Shown here: piece after piece, positions 23,401-33,302 of the stretch
Position numbering within the stretch: the first letter of the stretch is position 1
Layout: each line of letters opens with the position of its first letter
From: Harriotta raleighana
Lineage: Eukaryota
Assembly: GCA_050575255.1 (NCBI GenBank)
Contig: JBNZDD010013665.1
Coordinates: forward strand, 1,496,135 to 1,560,134
Direction: 5' to 3'
DNA length: 64,000 nt
Program-made: the position numbers and the translations under genes
Notes under the pieces: generated by a model
The model's database searches: none
What the model saw: only the letters and a program-made list of their open reading frames with translations
What the model was told of the DNA's origin: nothing

Positions 23401-23900
23401 GATGTCTAGGAAGACGTGAAAAGTGCTATAGCAAATGCAAGGATTATTAAGAATTCAACTTTCCCACAACGAGTGAAGCCAGCCATAGCTATGGGCACAT
23501 TTTATAGTCGTTTGCTTCCACAGATGTGAGACAGCTGATTGCAAAGCCAGGCAGACACTTCCTGCAGAGAAACAAGGCAACCCTGATCTCCAGAATCACT
23601 GAGATCAGAAGTTTGATCGAAGAGCTGCAAGACCAGGAAATCCTCAATCCGGTAGAGTACGAGATGCTGATCAGTGTCAGCCCCCTGACACACCAAGTCC
23701 GAGAGACCCTGAACTGTGTGATTAAAAAAGGGAATCAGGCAATGGATATTTTTCACAGCCTGCTTGAGAAGCACCAGCCATACCTGCTTAAAGAAATAGA
23801 GAGCGCAGAGCTATCACATTCGAATTATGATCCAGGACAGAGTTCGAACCCACAGCTTTTACAATGTGGTGGACACAAAAGCAATGATATTATGTTGTAA
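8488..23900 (+). CDS. Uncharacterised multi-death-fold FIIND protein (PYD-like, DD, FIIND with CARD-like insert, PB1-like, CARD; CARD8/NLRP1-related), about 1061 aa. Exons: 8488-8692, 14069-14320 (duplicate 13049-13300), 14498-14826, 15507-15687, 16017-16397, 16832-16916, 17482-17690, 18852-18976, 19496-19661, 19764-20002, 21107-21235, 21569-21725, 22061-22198, 22417-22503, 22608-22733, 23524-23900
   Basis: All 15 introns are GT-AG and the phases chain without a stop (3186 nt total). The C-terminal CARD, FIIND motifs and death domain are recognisable by eye. AATAAA at 24055. Exon 1 and the exon 2 acceptor (GAG) are the least certain parts. Confidence 0.8.
9345..12545 (-). mobile_element. Degenerate long L2-clade LINE (APE endonuclease plus RT remnants)
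   Basis: Endonuclease N-terminus LQNVRSL...IDILTLTETW (12168-12533); RT motifs GNPQDTVLGPLHFNIY and HMYVHDTQLY (10153-10539); LNVNKTEALL, FKVLVLTFKAL; (TTG)n tail near 9350. Many frameshifts. Confidence 0.88.
10872..11212 (-). mobile_element. tRNA-derived SINE inserted into the L2 element
   Basis: Reverse-complement head GGAGCTCCTGTGGCTCAGTGGTTAGAGCACTCGCC, B box GTTCGAATCC, long (TTA)n tail at 10872-10896. Confidence 0.85.
12329..14368. repeat. Apparently identical 1020-bp tandem duplication (probable assembly artefact)
   Basis: 12329-13347 and 13349-14368 look identical, with a single N at the junction (13348) after a G run. Confidence 0.85.
15225..15385 (-). mobile_element. CR1 LINE 3' fragment
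   Basis: Minus-strand LWSGMHCLQRVVEADSIVGFQRELD resembles the CR1 ORF2 C-terminus; similar fragments at 12790-12890 and 34000-34140. Confidence 0.65.
16017..16397 (+). CDS. Death-domain-encoding exon of the novel gene
   Basis: WLFRLSGALSNEWTTVARDLDFSDQDIEETARNSWYNHQQRMFHLLKRMIEVRCVTFTELCLLL fits the death domain pattern (W..LAR.L.FS..DI...Q...LL..W....T...L...L); phase 1-1 exon. Confidence 0.8.
17482..21725 (+). CDS. FIIND (ZU5-UPA) region of the novel gene, interrupted by a CARD-like cassette
   Basis: MSLAGPAFSLETDAPGTYMLLFLPKY resembles NLRP1 [62 protein letters not shown] resembles [45 protein letters not shown] resembles FHLYLI, and ISIIPQ|ELKF resembles LEILPK|ELEL. Confidence 0.75.
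17899..18220 (+). mobile_element. tRNA-derived SINE
   Basis: GGAGTCCTGTAGCTCAGTGGTTAGAGCACTC head, family body, (TTA)n tail. Confidence 0.85.
19188..19379. repeat. 96-bp tandem duplication (2 copies)
   Basis: CTTATTGAATCACGTCAGAAC...CACTCCTGATGAAA occurs at 19188 and 19284. Confidence 0.85.
20242..20505 (+). mobile_element. tRNA-derived SINE (with flanking reverse-orientation SINE pieces to about 20800)
   Basis: GGAGTTCTGTAGCTCAGT head, family body and TTA tail. Confidence 0.75.
22061..22503 (+). CDS. PB1-like (beta-grasp) domain exons of the novel gene
   Basis: DYILVEVHGEQHCVLTIHREITYEQFRTGLDLTFPEKNLAVYYKEKGPPVCINQQNSIDYILGEIPQGNIVLKAE has PB1-like beta-beta-alpha-beta-beta-alpha-beta patterning. 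Confidence 0.55.
23148..23449 (+). mobile_element. tRNA-derived SINE
   Basis: GGAGTCTTGTAGCTCAGTGGTTAGAGCACTCGCC, GGTTCGATTCC B box, family tail. Confidence 0.85.
23524..23900 (+). CDS. Terminal exon encoding an ASC/NLRP1/CARD8-type CARD
   Basis: HFLQRNKATLISRITEIRSLIEELQDQEILNPVEYEMLISVSPLTHQVRETLNCVIKKGNQAMDIFHSLLEKHQPYLLKEIE matches the CARD consensus (HF..R...LI.R......L..L....L..E.Y...KG..A...F...L....PYL..EL). Confidence 0.9.
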
Positions 23901-24189
23901 CACCTCTACACTTTCTACGTCCCCTCATCCCAACCCTCAGCTCGAGTCCAAATCCCTGACTGTCCAGCACTTGGGACGACCTCCCAACATGAAAGATGCT
24001 ACACAATGTAATTTGTGGTTGTTAGAATATATATTTTTTTTTACGCAGACAGGGAATAAAAATTCTTGGGTCTGAAATCTGGTCTTTTCTTGCCGTTGTT
24101 GATCTTTGCCTCTGGGTTTAATGATTGGGGTATTTACACAGCTCCCATTCATGACAATGGTTGTGGACACTGACTCAGATTTGGAGAGC

Positions 24190-24495
24190 TGGGAATCCTG
24201 TAGCTCTGAATCCTGTAGCACAGTGGTTGGAGAGCATTCGTCTTACAAGCGAGAGTTGGGTTTGATTCCAGGGAGGGCGAAACCTTGGGCAAGTTTCCTT
24301 ATTCCACAATAAGAATTCCTCAAGAAAAAAAAAGGGTCACTTCAATCCACTACATGTTTGTGGGACACTGTGTGAATCGCTGCCTTGTTTCGCCCACAAT
24401 TACAGTCAATTCACTTTACAGTGTACTCTGTGAAGCACTTTGAGACGTCTAGAAGACGTAAAAAGCGCAATTTCAAATGCAAGGATTATTATTAT
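24190..24495 (+). mobile_element. tRNA-derived SINE
   Basis: Same head, body and tail as the other copies, with a small head duplication. Confidence 0.8.
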
Positions 24496-27400
24496 AGTTG
24501 GGACAAAAGGACAAGTGATTACTGAATCTGGAATGCTGGTCACACATTCTGCGTTTCCCTGTTGAGTCAGGCTGAGGTGGTTCTTTGAAATGGTTGAAAA
24601 TACTGACTTTGAAACAACTAATGCCCTGTATTAATTTATTTATTGCTGTGGTTACATGACTGTATGAGTGAACAGAGGCATCTGATTTCTAGGAAGCAGT
24701 TGCAGAAGGCACTTTATATAGAACACCCGAAGCAACAAACTACACCAAACAGAATTGGTGAATAAATAATCATATTGTGACGTTAAAGTAAAGGTTTCAC
24801 CGACACTCTCTTCCTCCCTTCCCGAACAGTCACCTTCACGGAATAAATCTAACGCACTTTCCACTGCAAGATGCAGGCCTGCCTCACCACCAGCTAAACC
24901 AGCTCAGGTCAGACAGGTGCCGGGAGATGTCCTGAAAAGCTTCTGAACATTTCAGAGCCACAAGCAGATCTGCAGTTCCGGGGTTCATGGTACCAGCCTC
25001 TGCCATCAGCTTCCTCTTTGCCTACTTTACTGGCACGGAATGACTTTGCATGGTGAGTTTAAGAAACGTTATTCAGATAATAAATGATAGCGTCTCTAAA
25101 CCTGTTAAAACATCGGTGAGTAAGAAGCGTTGATTTATTACCTGCACTTTGTCCTGATCACTCTCACTCTCAGCTCCATCCTTGCCGACACCAACTGGGT
25201 GGCAGATAGACACTCCCTTCTCTGACAGGGTGAAGCAGTCATTTAGTTGCAGAACAGGGTGATGGTGCCTGTACTATTGTAGCCTGAGTCAGGAAAGGAA
25301 CTACATTAAGATACATTAAGGTTATTAGATTGAGGCAGAACATAGCTTTGCACCTTCTAAATGAAGATCCTGTAGTCTAGTCACTGTCCTGCCGATTCAC
25401 TTGGTGCAATACTGCTCTCTCTGCAGCTTCCCTCTCTGGCACTGATCAGCCTCATGTCCGGCGGTCAGAAACTCCAGTCAAACACTGAGCATTTACCACT
25501 GCTCCCGGCACACAAAACCAGAAGGCCTCATATCAGGTAGCTGGTGAGCAACAGACCCCAACCCACCGCAGGCACCGCTGGGAAGGGCTGGGCAGACTCC
25601 AGCAATGCTAACAGGCTGGGAGACTAGGCGTTGAGTTTCAGCGGTTCCGTACCTTTCCCTTGAGAGCGAGGGCTTGGAGACTGGGAGCTGTTCGCTTTCT
25701 CTGGATCAGGTTTGATTGGATTCAGTGCACACAGACCGGTCTGGAAAAGCCACTTAGCGCCTTGGACGCCGCAGTGGCCCTGGTCACACTGCATCACATT
25801 GAGAAGCAGACGGAGGGACGGAGAGGGGGAATGAGGGAGGGAGGGATTGGGAGCGGGAGGGAGGGGTAAGGATAGGAGCAGAGAGAAGAAGACAAGAGAA
25901 TAAGAAGTTAGTAACATGTGAACAGAGTGGATCAGAGAGCAGCAAGAAACGAGGCTCAGAGTGCACTCAGGGTTTTACTCTGTTACAAATTGGCTTTCCT
26001 CTTGCTAACCACCACTGAAATAAAGCAGAAGGGTCGGGATGATTGGGATCTAATTGAGGCTTCAAAATTCTGAAAGGTTTGAAAGGTTTTGAGGATAAAT
26101 AATGAAGATTATTTCCATGAGTGGGAGAATCTGTTAGCAGCAGGTACAAGGCCCGGATTACTGGAGGGTTAAAGGGTTAGAAGAAACTTTTAAAAGCAGA
26201 GAGTTATTGCAACACAGAATGCCTTGCTCTAGACGGCTGTTGAGACTGAGAACACAACCAATTTTAAAGGTAAATTGGATACGAAATTGAAGAGAAACTG
26301 TATGAAGATGTCTTGGTAAACCACAGGGATTGGGATCAGAGAAGGGAAGGAGCCCAGGTTTGATGGGCCAAATGGCGTCACCTTGTGCTGAAATGTCTGG
26401 CGAGGTCAACGTACAGTATGGAAAGAGAATGGGATAATGACAGGGCAACTTACAGGCAATGTAAGGACGCACGATAGACAGACTCCACAGCACCTCACAC
26501 ACAGTGACCAGCAGAGAGGGACTCAGGCTCACAGCTACCGCTAGGTTGGACAATCCATCCTCTACCATCAGCAACAGCATCACAGTGTGCAACGTTCTGG
26601 GATGAATTACAGACCGGCTGTTGAACAATGACAGTAATAGCCATTCCTGCTCCATACTTTACACCTGTCAGTTGGATAGCCAAGGGAGCTGTGCTACCAA
26701 CACCCAATAAATACTCCCTTTGCCTCAAAAGAACAGGCCGGGCCCATAGCAAACTACCTCTGACAACTGATGGCTGTGAGCTCTGCAGTCTCAATTATAG
26801 CGTGGAGCAGAGAGAAATGTGAGAGGAGACAAAACTAAACTTTTCACCTGAAGAAAATGTGAGAGGAGAACCATAGGCTGAGATCGGGACAGGGGATTAT
26901 AATGAGAAGTCTACCTCCCCTCATTATAATGGGGCAAAATTAATACCACAATTTTGGAGTCTAAGCAATAGCTTTCCTGCCTGGGACATTTGGCTCCAGA
27001 AAAAGTTGTTTACATAATGTCGCAGCATTCACACCACTGTACAGCGACCAACACCCAAACCACTCACACTGTACAGGAGTATCTGTCTCTGTGTCTGTCT
27101 TTCAACATCTCAAGTTCTCGGTCACAAGTTAGAAATGGAAACTCCATGATAGGAGTGAATTGTGAGGAGCAACAGTGTAAAGTACAGGCAGAGGGCCGCG
27201 GAACTGCCTGACAGAAGTCTCATACCCAATGTCGTGCCACCCACATGCAATGCTGTGGCTAATGGAGATGGTGCCCTGGGGCAGAGCCTTACCCGCTATA
27301 AACTCTGACAAAGAAGTTCAATCTGCACCTCTACCTCCATCACGCTGAACATGAAACTGCAAACGCCTCACAAATTTCCTAGGAAAACAAACACTAAGCA

Positions 27401-29193
27401 TTACTCACTCCCCAACCTTCACGCACTCCACTCGCTCGACGCTTACACAGCCGTCAAGTGTCAACGTTGGCAGGTGGGGCTGGTAGCATTGCATTAACTC
27501 CTCTTCCAACTCATCTGGGTTCATGTTTCTAAACAGTTTGAGCATTCGATATTGTAGATTGTATTTGCTGTCTATCTGATTGTCTGGCAAAGACCACCAA
27601 GCACCCACTCCCATCTGACCTCCACATCAGACAATAACTCCCGATGTGAAAGGCTTTACATCAATGCAATTTATTGTTGTTGTTGTAACGTGGGGTTCTG
27701 CTTGACCACGCCATTCCATTCATAGACTCCTCCGCTTCCCAATCAGCAGTCACACACAAAACACAGTTAGAATGGGGGTTGCCTAACCACAAATGGTCGT
27801 TGAAGACGGATCTCCTGACTACACTTAGGAGTAAATCAGAGAATGACTGAGAAAAACAGTATTACAGGCTGTGGGAAAGAGCAGGGTTTAACGTAGTGAG
27901 CACTACCACACTACCACACACAGCGGGGGGAAAGAGCAGGGAACAGAATTAGAGTGGAGAGCTTTAGTGAGGAGTGAGTACCAGCACAGACAACAAAGAA
28001 TGAAATGGCCTCCGCCTTCATTACAACATTTTTCTTGCTGTCAATTTGCTGCATGTGTTGAGTGGCATCTGCTGTGGCTTCGTACTCCAGTAGCACTCAG
28101 CTACCGCTCAATCTTGGCTGTATTGCCTCCTCCCTCCAATCCCTCATGCTCCAATTCCCGCATTCACGATACTCTTAAGCATCTCCCGCCCGCCCCCACC
28201 TCCCCCTATCCAGTGTTTGTGTTGCCATGTAATAGTCTCACATTGATTTTACACTATTTATTCTTCCACACATCTCTTGGGAACCACGAAAATAGCAACA
28301 AGAGGGATTGGAGAGGGACTGAAGACTGTGCACAGACAGAGAGTTACCCGGAGGACGAATAACCCACTGTGAGCTGAACCCACAGGCCGTGCCGTGTGTC
28401 TGACGCAGCAGTGACCAGATCGATGGACAGAGGAAGCAAAGTACCTGCTGCACCCTCACTGGACCAGAGACACGCACTGCGCATCACCTGCCGGGCAAAG
28501 CAGCATTCTGTTGTGTGCACACGCTTCACAAGCAGCACAGCTCTACAGCAAGTTGCTCAGAGCTCCAATGGGGGAGTGAGCACCAGCACAGACACCCCAC
28601 CCCACCCACACAACATTCAATGCCCATATTTCGTTCCTTACAAACCAGCCATGTACAAGATCCCATAAATCGGCTCCGACTTTGATTGCGGTATTGCCTG
28701 GATCTTGATATCACGGTGAAGCTGCCTGTGTTAGCAGACATCAGGCCGGAGACCGCTTCCCAAACAGTCCCCAGAATAAATACATACACTTGGGAAACAT
28801 GCCCGAAACACCATACAGAAAGAATTATGTACACAGCTCTGCGTTCGCTCGTGATATCTTTGGCAAGACGAAGCCCAGTCATCGTGATCACTGCTTCTGG
28901 CTCTCAATGAGTGCAGTACCGAGGAGTCCGGACCGGGACAGCCTGTCCTGGGGTAGCTCTGGGCTCGCCCGCACTGGCAGACAGCAATCTCTGCTCCAGG
29001 CTGTCTCTCCTCCCTGCTCCTGTGATGATCCTCAGCCACACCGAGGAGATCAGCTCCAATATTCCCACTACAGGTCGTACCCGGCGCCTCAATCTCCCAT
29101 CTCCTCGGCCATTCGGGTGGGGAGGGGGGAAAGGATAAGAGGATGAGAGGAGCTGGAGCCACTACTCGGGAAAGACATTAATTCACAATAGGG

Positions 29194-32100
29194 TTAGAGA
29201 GCACATCCTACCAGGTTAGCTTCTGTTCCAGTTCTTTGCGATGCCGGGCTGCACTTGTGTCCAGGCTGTTGCTCAGTGTTCATCTCCAGGTAGCCTCGTC
29301 TGTCAATTAAACTGGAGAAACAGGACATGGCGAGTGAGTCACAGAATGACACAGCAGTACACTGCTCAATGTTACCAATTGTCATATATTCCGTGAATTG
29401 CTTTGAAGGGTCTTAAAGTTGTGATAAGGCACTGTATCAAATGCTAGGATTATTATTACTATATTGAACACAGACCCACAGAATGGGATTCTCTCGCACA
29501 GGTACTAACGTCAGTTGGCTGTGTGTTACCTGGGTGGCATGGGGCCACACAGCACGGCACAGCAGTTGGTGAGAGCACTGTTGTAACTGTATGGGTTACC
29601 AGTCTCCTCACAGCCTCGCTTTGTAGTCCAAGAGCCTTTAATCTGTCATAAAATAATAAAAGGGCATTAGACAAAAAGCTACAAACAAATAAAAATAATA
29701 GTACAGTAAAACCTTGTTTATCCGGTACCAAACCAACCGGCATACTCAACCAACTGGTGGTAGCTCCCAATTGTATCTCCCAATATGTACAAATTGTATT
29801 GGGAGATCCGGGACCCTCGCAGTTTGCTCATTTTGCACATGCGCGGTGCATCCGCACTTTACTAAAGTTACCCAAATCTAGAATGCTTTTATACTGATCA
29901 TTTTAGCGAGTGTACTGGAATGCTTTATTGGTAAGTATCCAAACAATATTCTTTAATTATTTAGTCTATTATTAATATGGTATGTTTTAAAACTAAGCTA
30001 TATTTTTTGGGTAGGATTTTCAGCAAAATAACGAATATCCAGCGTAATTGACTAACCGGCACCAGGCAGGTCACGAGGGTGCCAGATAACAAAGGCTTTA
30101 CTGTACTATAATTTGGTCACTCTACCCATGACAATTCGTGGGACGCTGCTGTGTACAATTGGCTGTCCCGAGTTTTGCCCACAAAAATTCAGTCAATTTA
30201 CTTTACAGTATATTCTGCAAAACACTTACAGGCATCTCAACGACATGATAACGCGCTTTATCAAATGAAATGATTATTATTGTAAACAAAATAGCAATAC
30301 AAAGGATTGTTTGTGTTGTGTACTGTCATCAGGTTGATACAGAATCTGTCGCTGCTCCCTTGAGCAGAGACAGAGTGATCAAACAGGGCAGCATGGCAGG
30401 TGAGTGCATAAATGGCACTGAGATACAGAGAGAATCCTAGTTCTACTATGGTGTTAAACATGTCTTTGCATTCAGCTGTACTTACATCTTCATTGGTCGT
30501 CAGATTGGAAGCCACAAGGTACGTGTGGAAGCCAGAGAGACCGAGAATGGACCAGACAGAGAAAAAGCAGATCAGCAACTCGAGGGCAGTGAGAGTGTCA
30601 AGGAAAGTGGCATATAATGTAATATAACTGCTCCACACATTGACACGTATGCATGCATATATACACGCGCACATACACACACAGATACACGCTGACCCAC
30701 ATACCCACATGCACTCACTGACAACCAAGTGTACACTCTCGCTGAGGAGTGTGGAAGGATATCTGGCTGGAGACTCCTGGAGGACATTTAACAACCCAAT
30801 TCTTTGAGATCCTGGAAGAAGAGTTAAAAAAATTGTGAAAGGTTAATAGCTGCTTCCATATTGTTTAACCACCATCCCCGCTACCCCCAATCCTTACCTC
30901 GCCTGACACATTCATCCACACTTATAACAAATTCCATTCATTATTGACCTGCTCACCTCTTCCTTTCTAGAGAATATAACCCTAATTAACTTTGTTCCAC
31001 ATAAACTGGTGAATTGTTGCTGGACACCCTCCGGGAATCTACCTAAAATCCAATATGTACACAACAGTTCACGAGGTGTGAGTGACAACTTCTGTATCTT
31101 ATGTCCTAGACCAGCTTCTTATAAAGTCCAGTATCCCATTCGCCTTAATAACTAACAAGTGAGAGTAAAGCACTTACTCAGTGTGAGGTGTGTTATCACA
31201 CACGCAAAGATGAAAGCAGTGAGGAATGAGAGCGAGAGTAGAAACATGTAGAAGAATCTGTAATTCCGTTTCCCCACACAGTTTCCAACCCAGGGGCAGT
31301 GGTGGTCAAATCGCTCTGAGGGGAAAATAACATTCAGATCAGACCAATAAAACTCACCAATAAAACATAGGTCAATTCAGTTTACAGTATATTCTGGAAG
31401 CACTTTGAGACCAGGTCTCGAAGACTTGATGAGGTGCTCTATCAAATGCAAGGATTATTATTCTGATTAAAACTCAAACCATGGGCCACATGACAGACAG
31501 AGCACATCCCTGCCTGGGCCAAGGCTGCTACTCACCCACACAGTTGTCACACAAGCTGCAGTGTGAAGTGCGTGGTGGCCGAAACATTTTGCAACTGAAA
31601 CAGTACTTGAGTTTGACGGGCTGCCCGTTGATCAGCACCTCTCTGGTGCGTGGTGGCCGGTAACTAGATCCCCCGGAGTTATCTGAAACAGAGGTTCAGT
31701 CAGTCGCAGGACATCGACAGTGAAGCTCACAGGCCCAGAGCAGGCCAGTTTTAAGTGAAATATTAAAAACCCCATCAGATTAAAAATATTTCTACCAACT
31801 TGTGGGTAAAATGATGCCCCTATGCCAGTTACCCCACAATTCTATATGGCTCAAAATGTGGATCATGGATCAGCAAACTTGTATTGAATACGCAATCCTT
31901 GTATTTAACTTGTATTTGGTACACTGCTGACACACACAGGGATACAATAAAGCACCTTGTTCTGCGCAAAGCTGCTCCTGGCTCTGGCACATATCCCACG
32001 GCTACTGAATCTCAGTGTGACGAAAGCTAAAACCGCTCTGCGCTGTCCGCTGCCCGGCCAGTTACCTATCTGTCTCTCCAGGTGAGCTGCCTCCTCGGGT

Positions 32101-33039
32101 GTGGCGCGGGGCAGGATCCCGGGATCACTGAGGGTGGTGTGAAGTAAGGCGCTGATCACAAACAGGAAGAGGCAGCCAGCGATGATCGGGATGGCGAGAG
32201 TCAGGTGCTGTGTCAGGTAAGGACAGCTGCAAACGGAAATAATCTGGTTACAGTATCTGAAAACACTCGACTCGAGACCCCCCCAACTGGGTCACATACA
32301 GATCTGAATAAAGCTCCTCGTCTCAATTCCTGGCAGGGAGAAACCATGGGTAAGTTTCCTTACTCCTTACGTCTGATAATAATCCAGAGAGAGAGAGAGA
32401 AAAAAAACAATAACAAATTGGTCAATTCAATCCACGACTGTTTGTGGGGACAACAACAACGACAACTTGGACCTATCCAGCGGCCTCCACACCGGATGGA
32501 GTCTGAGTGCTGTGCGCAATTGTCTGCTGCGTTTCGCCAACAAATAAACAGTCAATTCATTTTACGGTATATCCTGTGAAGCGCTTTGAGACGTCTAGAA
32601 GACGTGAAAGGTTTATTGTTGTTGTTATTATTAAGGGCCGAGTGGCCTCCCTCTCTCTGCACAGTAACATTTCTCTGAATGATCAGCAGGTCTCCCAGCC
32701 TGGATCAGTCGATCTCTCATCAGGAGGGTGTTCAAGGCCTGATCACAGGCTGCCTGAGGGACATTACTACACACACAGTCACTACACTGGACAGGGGCCG
32801 ACTTTCACTCACTCAAAGGCAAAGAAGAGGCCGCTGGTGGCGAGGATGAGGCCCAGGGTCAGGTAGAAGGCGCCGCTCAGGCGGCCGCTCATCAGACGCC
32901 CATTACAGCAGAAGCGGTTCCTGCCCGGAAACGTCTCCCACTTCCTGCGGAGAGTCCGCTTCCCGGGAACAGCGCCCGGAACCGAGGCCGAGGCTGAGGC
33001 CGGGCCTAGCGCGATCTGCCGGTACTCGCACTCCTTCAT
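29194..33039 (-). CDS. ZDHHC18: Palmitoyltransferase ZDHHC18; exons 33039-32813, 32226-32066, 31682-31536, 31315-31178, 30811-30763, 30588-30486, 29642-29530, 29311-29194
   Basis: MKECEYRQI start, [59 protein letters not shown] (DHHC), NLTTNEDIK, SLIDRRG. Synteny with PIGV and GPN2 supports ZDHHC18 over ZDHHC14. Confidence 0.93.
29704..30103. mobile_element. Tigger/pogo-like MITE
   Basis: TA|CAGTAAAACCTTGTTTATCCGGTACC ... GGGTGCCAGATAACAAAGGCTTTACTG|TA imperfect terminal inverted repeats with TA flanks. Confidence 0.8.
30589..30762 (-). other. U12-type AT-AC intron in ZDHHC18
   Basis: Minus strand: 5' site ATATCCTT, branch site TTCCTTGAC, 3' end ...ACTCTCAC; removal joins ESPAS to ALELLICFF in frame. 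Confidence 0.92.
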
Positions 33040-33199
33040 GGCGCCAGTCTGAGCATGGCTCCCGGTCTCCTTGCCCCCAGTCTCTCTCTCTCTCTCTCCC
33101 CCCGAGGGAAGTCACTGGCTCTTGTCTCGGAGCAGACCCCAAATCCCGGGCGCGGCTCCGGCTCCAGGTCTCACCGCGAACAGCAGAAGCCCGGCCCCG

Positions 33200-33302
33200 G
33201 AGTCACAGCGCCACCCCGCGGCTCCCCACCGTCACAGCGCCACCCCGCGGCCCCTCACTGTCACAGCGCCACCCCGCGGCCCCTCACTGTCACAGCGCCA
33301 CC
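33200..33302. repeat. GC-rich minisatellite (about 29-bp unit) upstream of the ZDHHC18 start, running into an assembly gap
   Basis: GTCACAGCGCCACCCCGCGGCCCCTCACT repeated about 3.5 times before the N run. Confidence 0.85.

Noticed and set aside
8488-23900. Naming the novel gene NLRP1, CARD8 or PIDD1
   Set aside because: No NACHT or LRR exons found, the domain order differs from all three, and the neighbours are not those of the mammalian loci; orthology cannot be established without a phylogeny.
28731-29162. 143-aa minus-strand ORF downstream of ZDHHC18
   Set aside because: No recognisable homology or convincing splice acceptor; probably 3' UTR.
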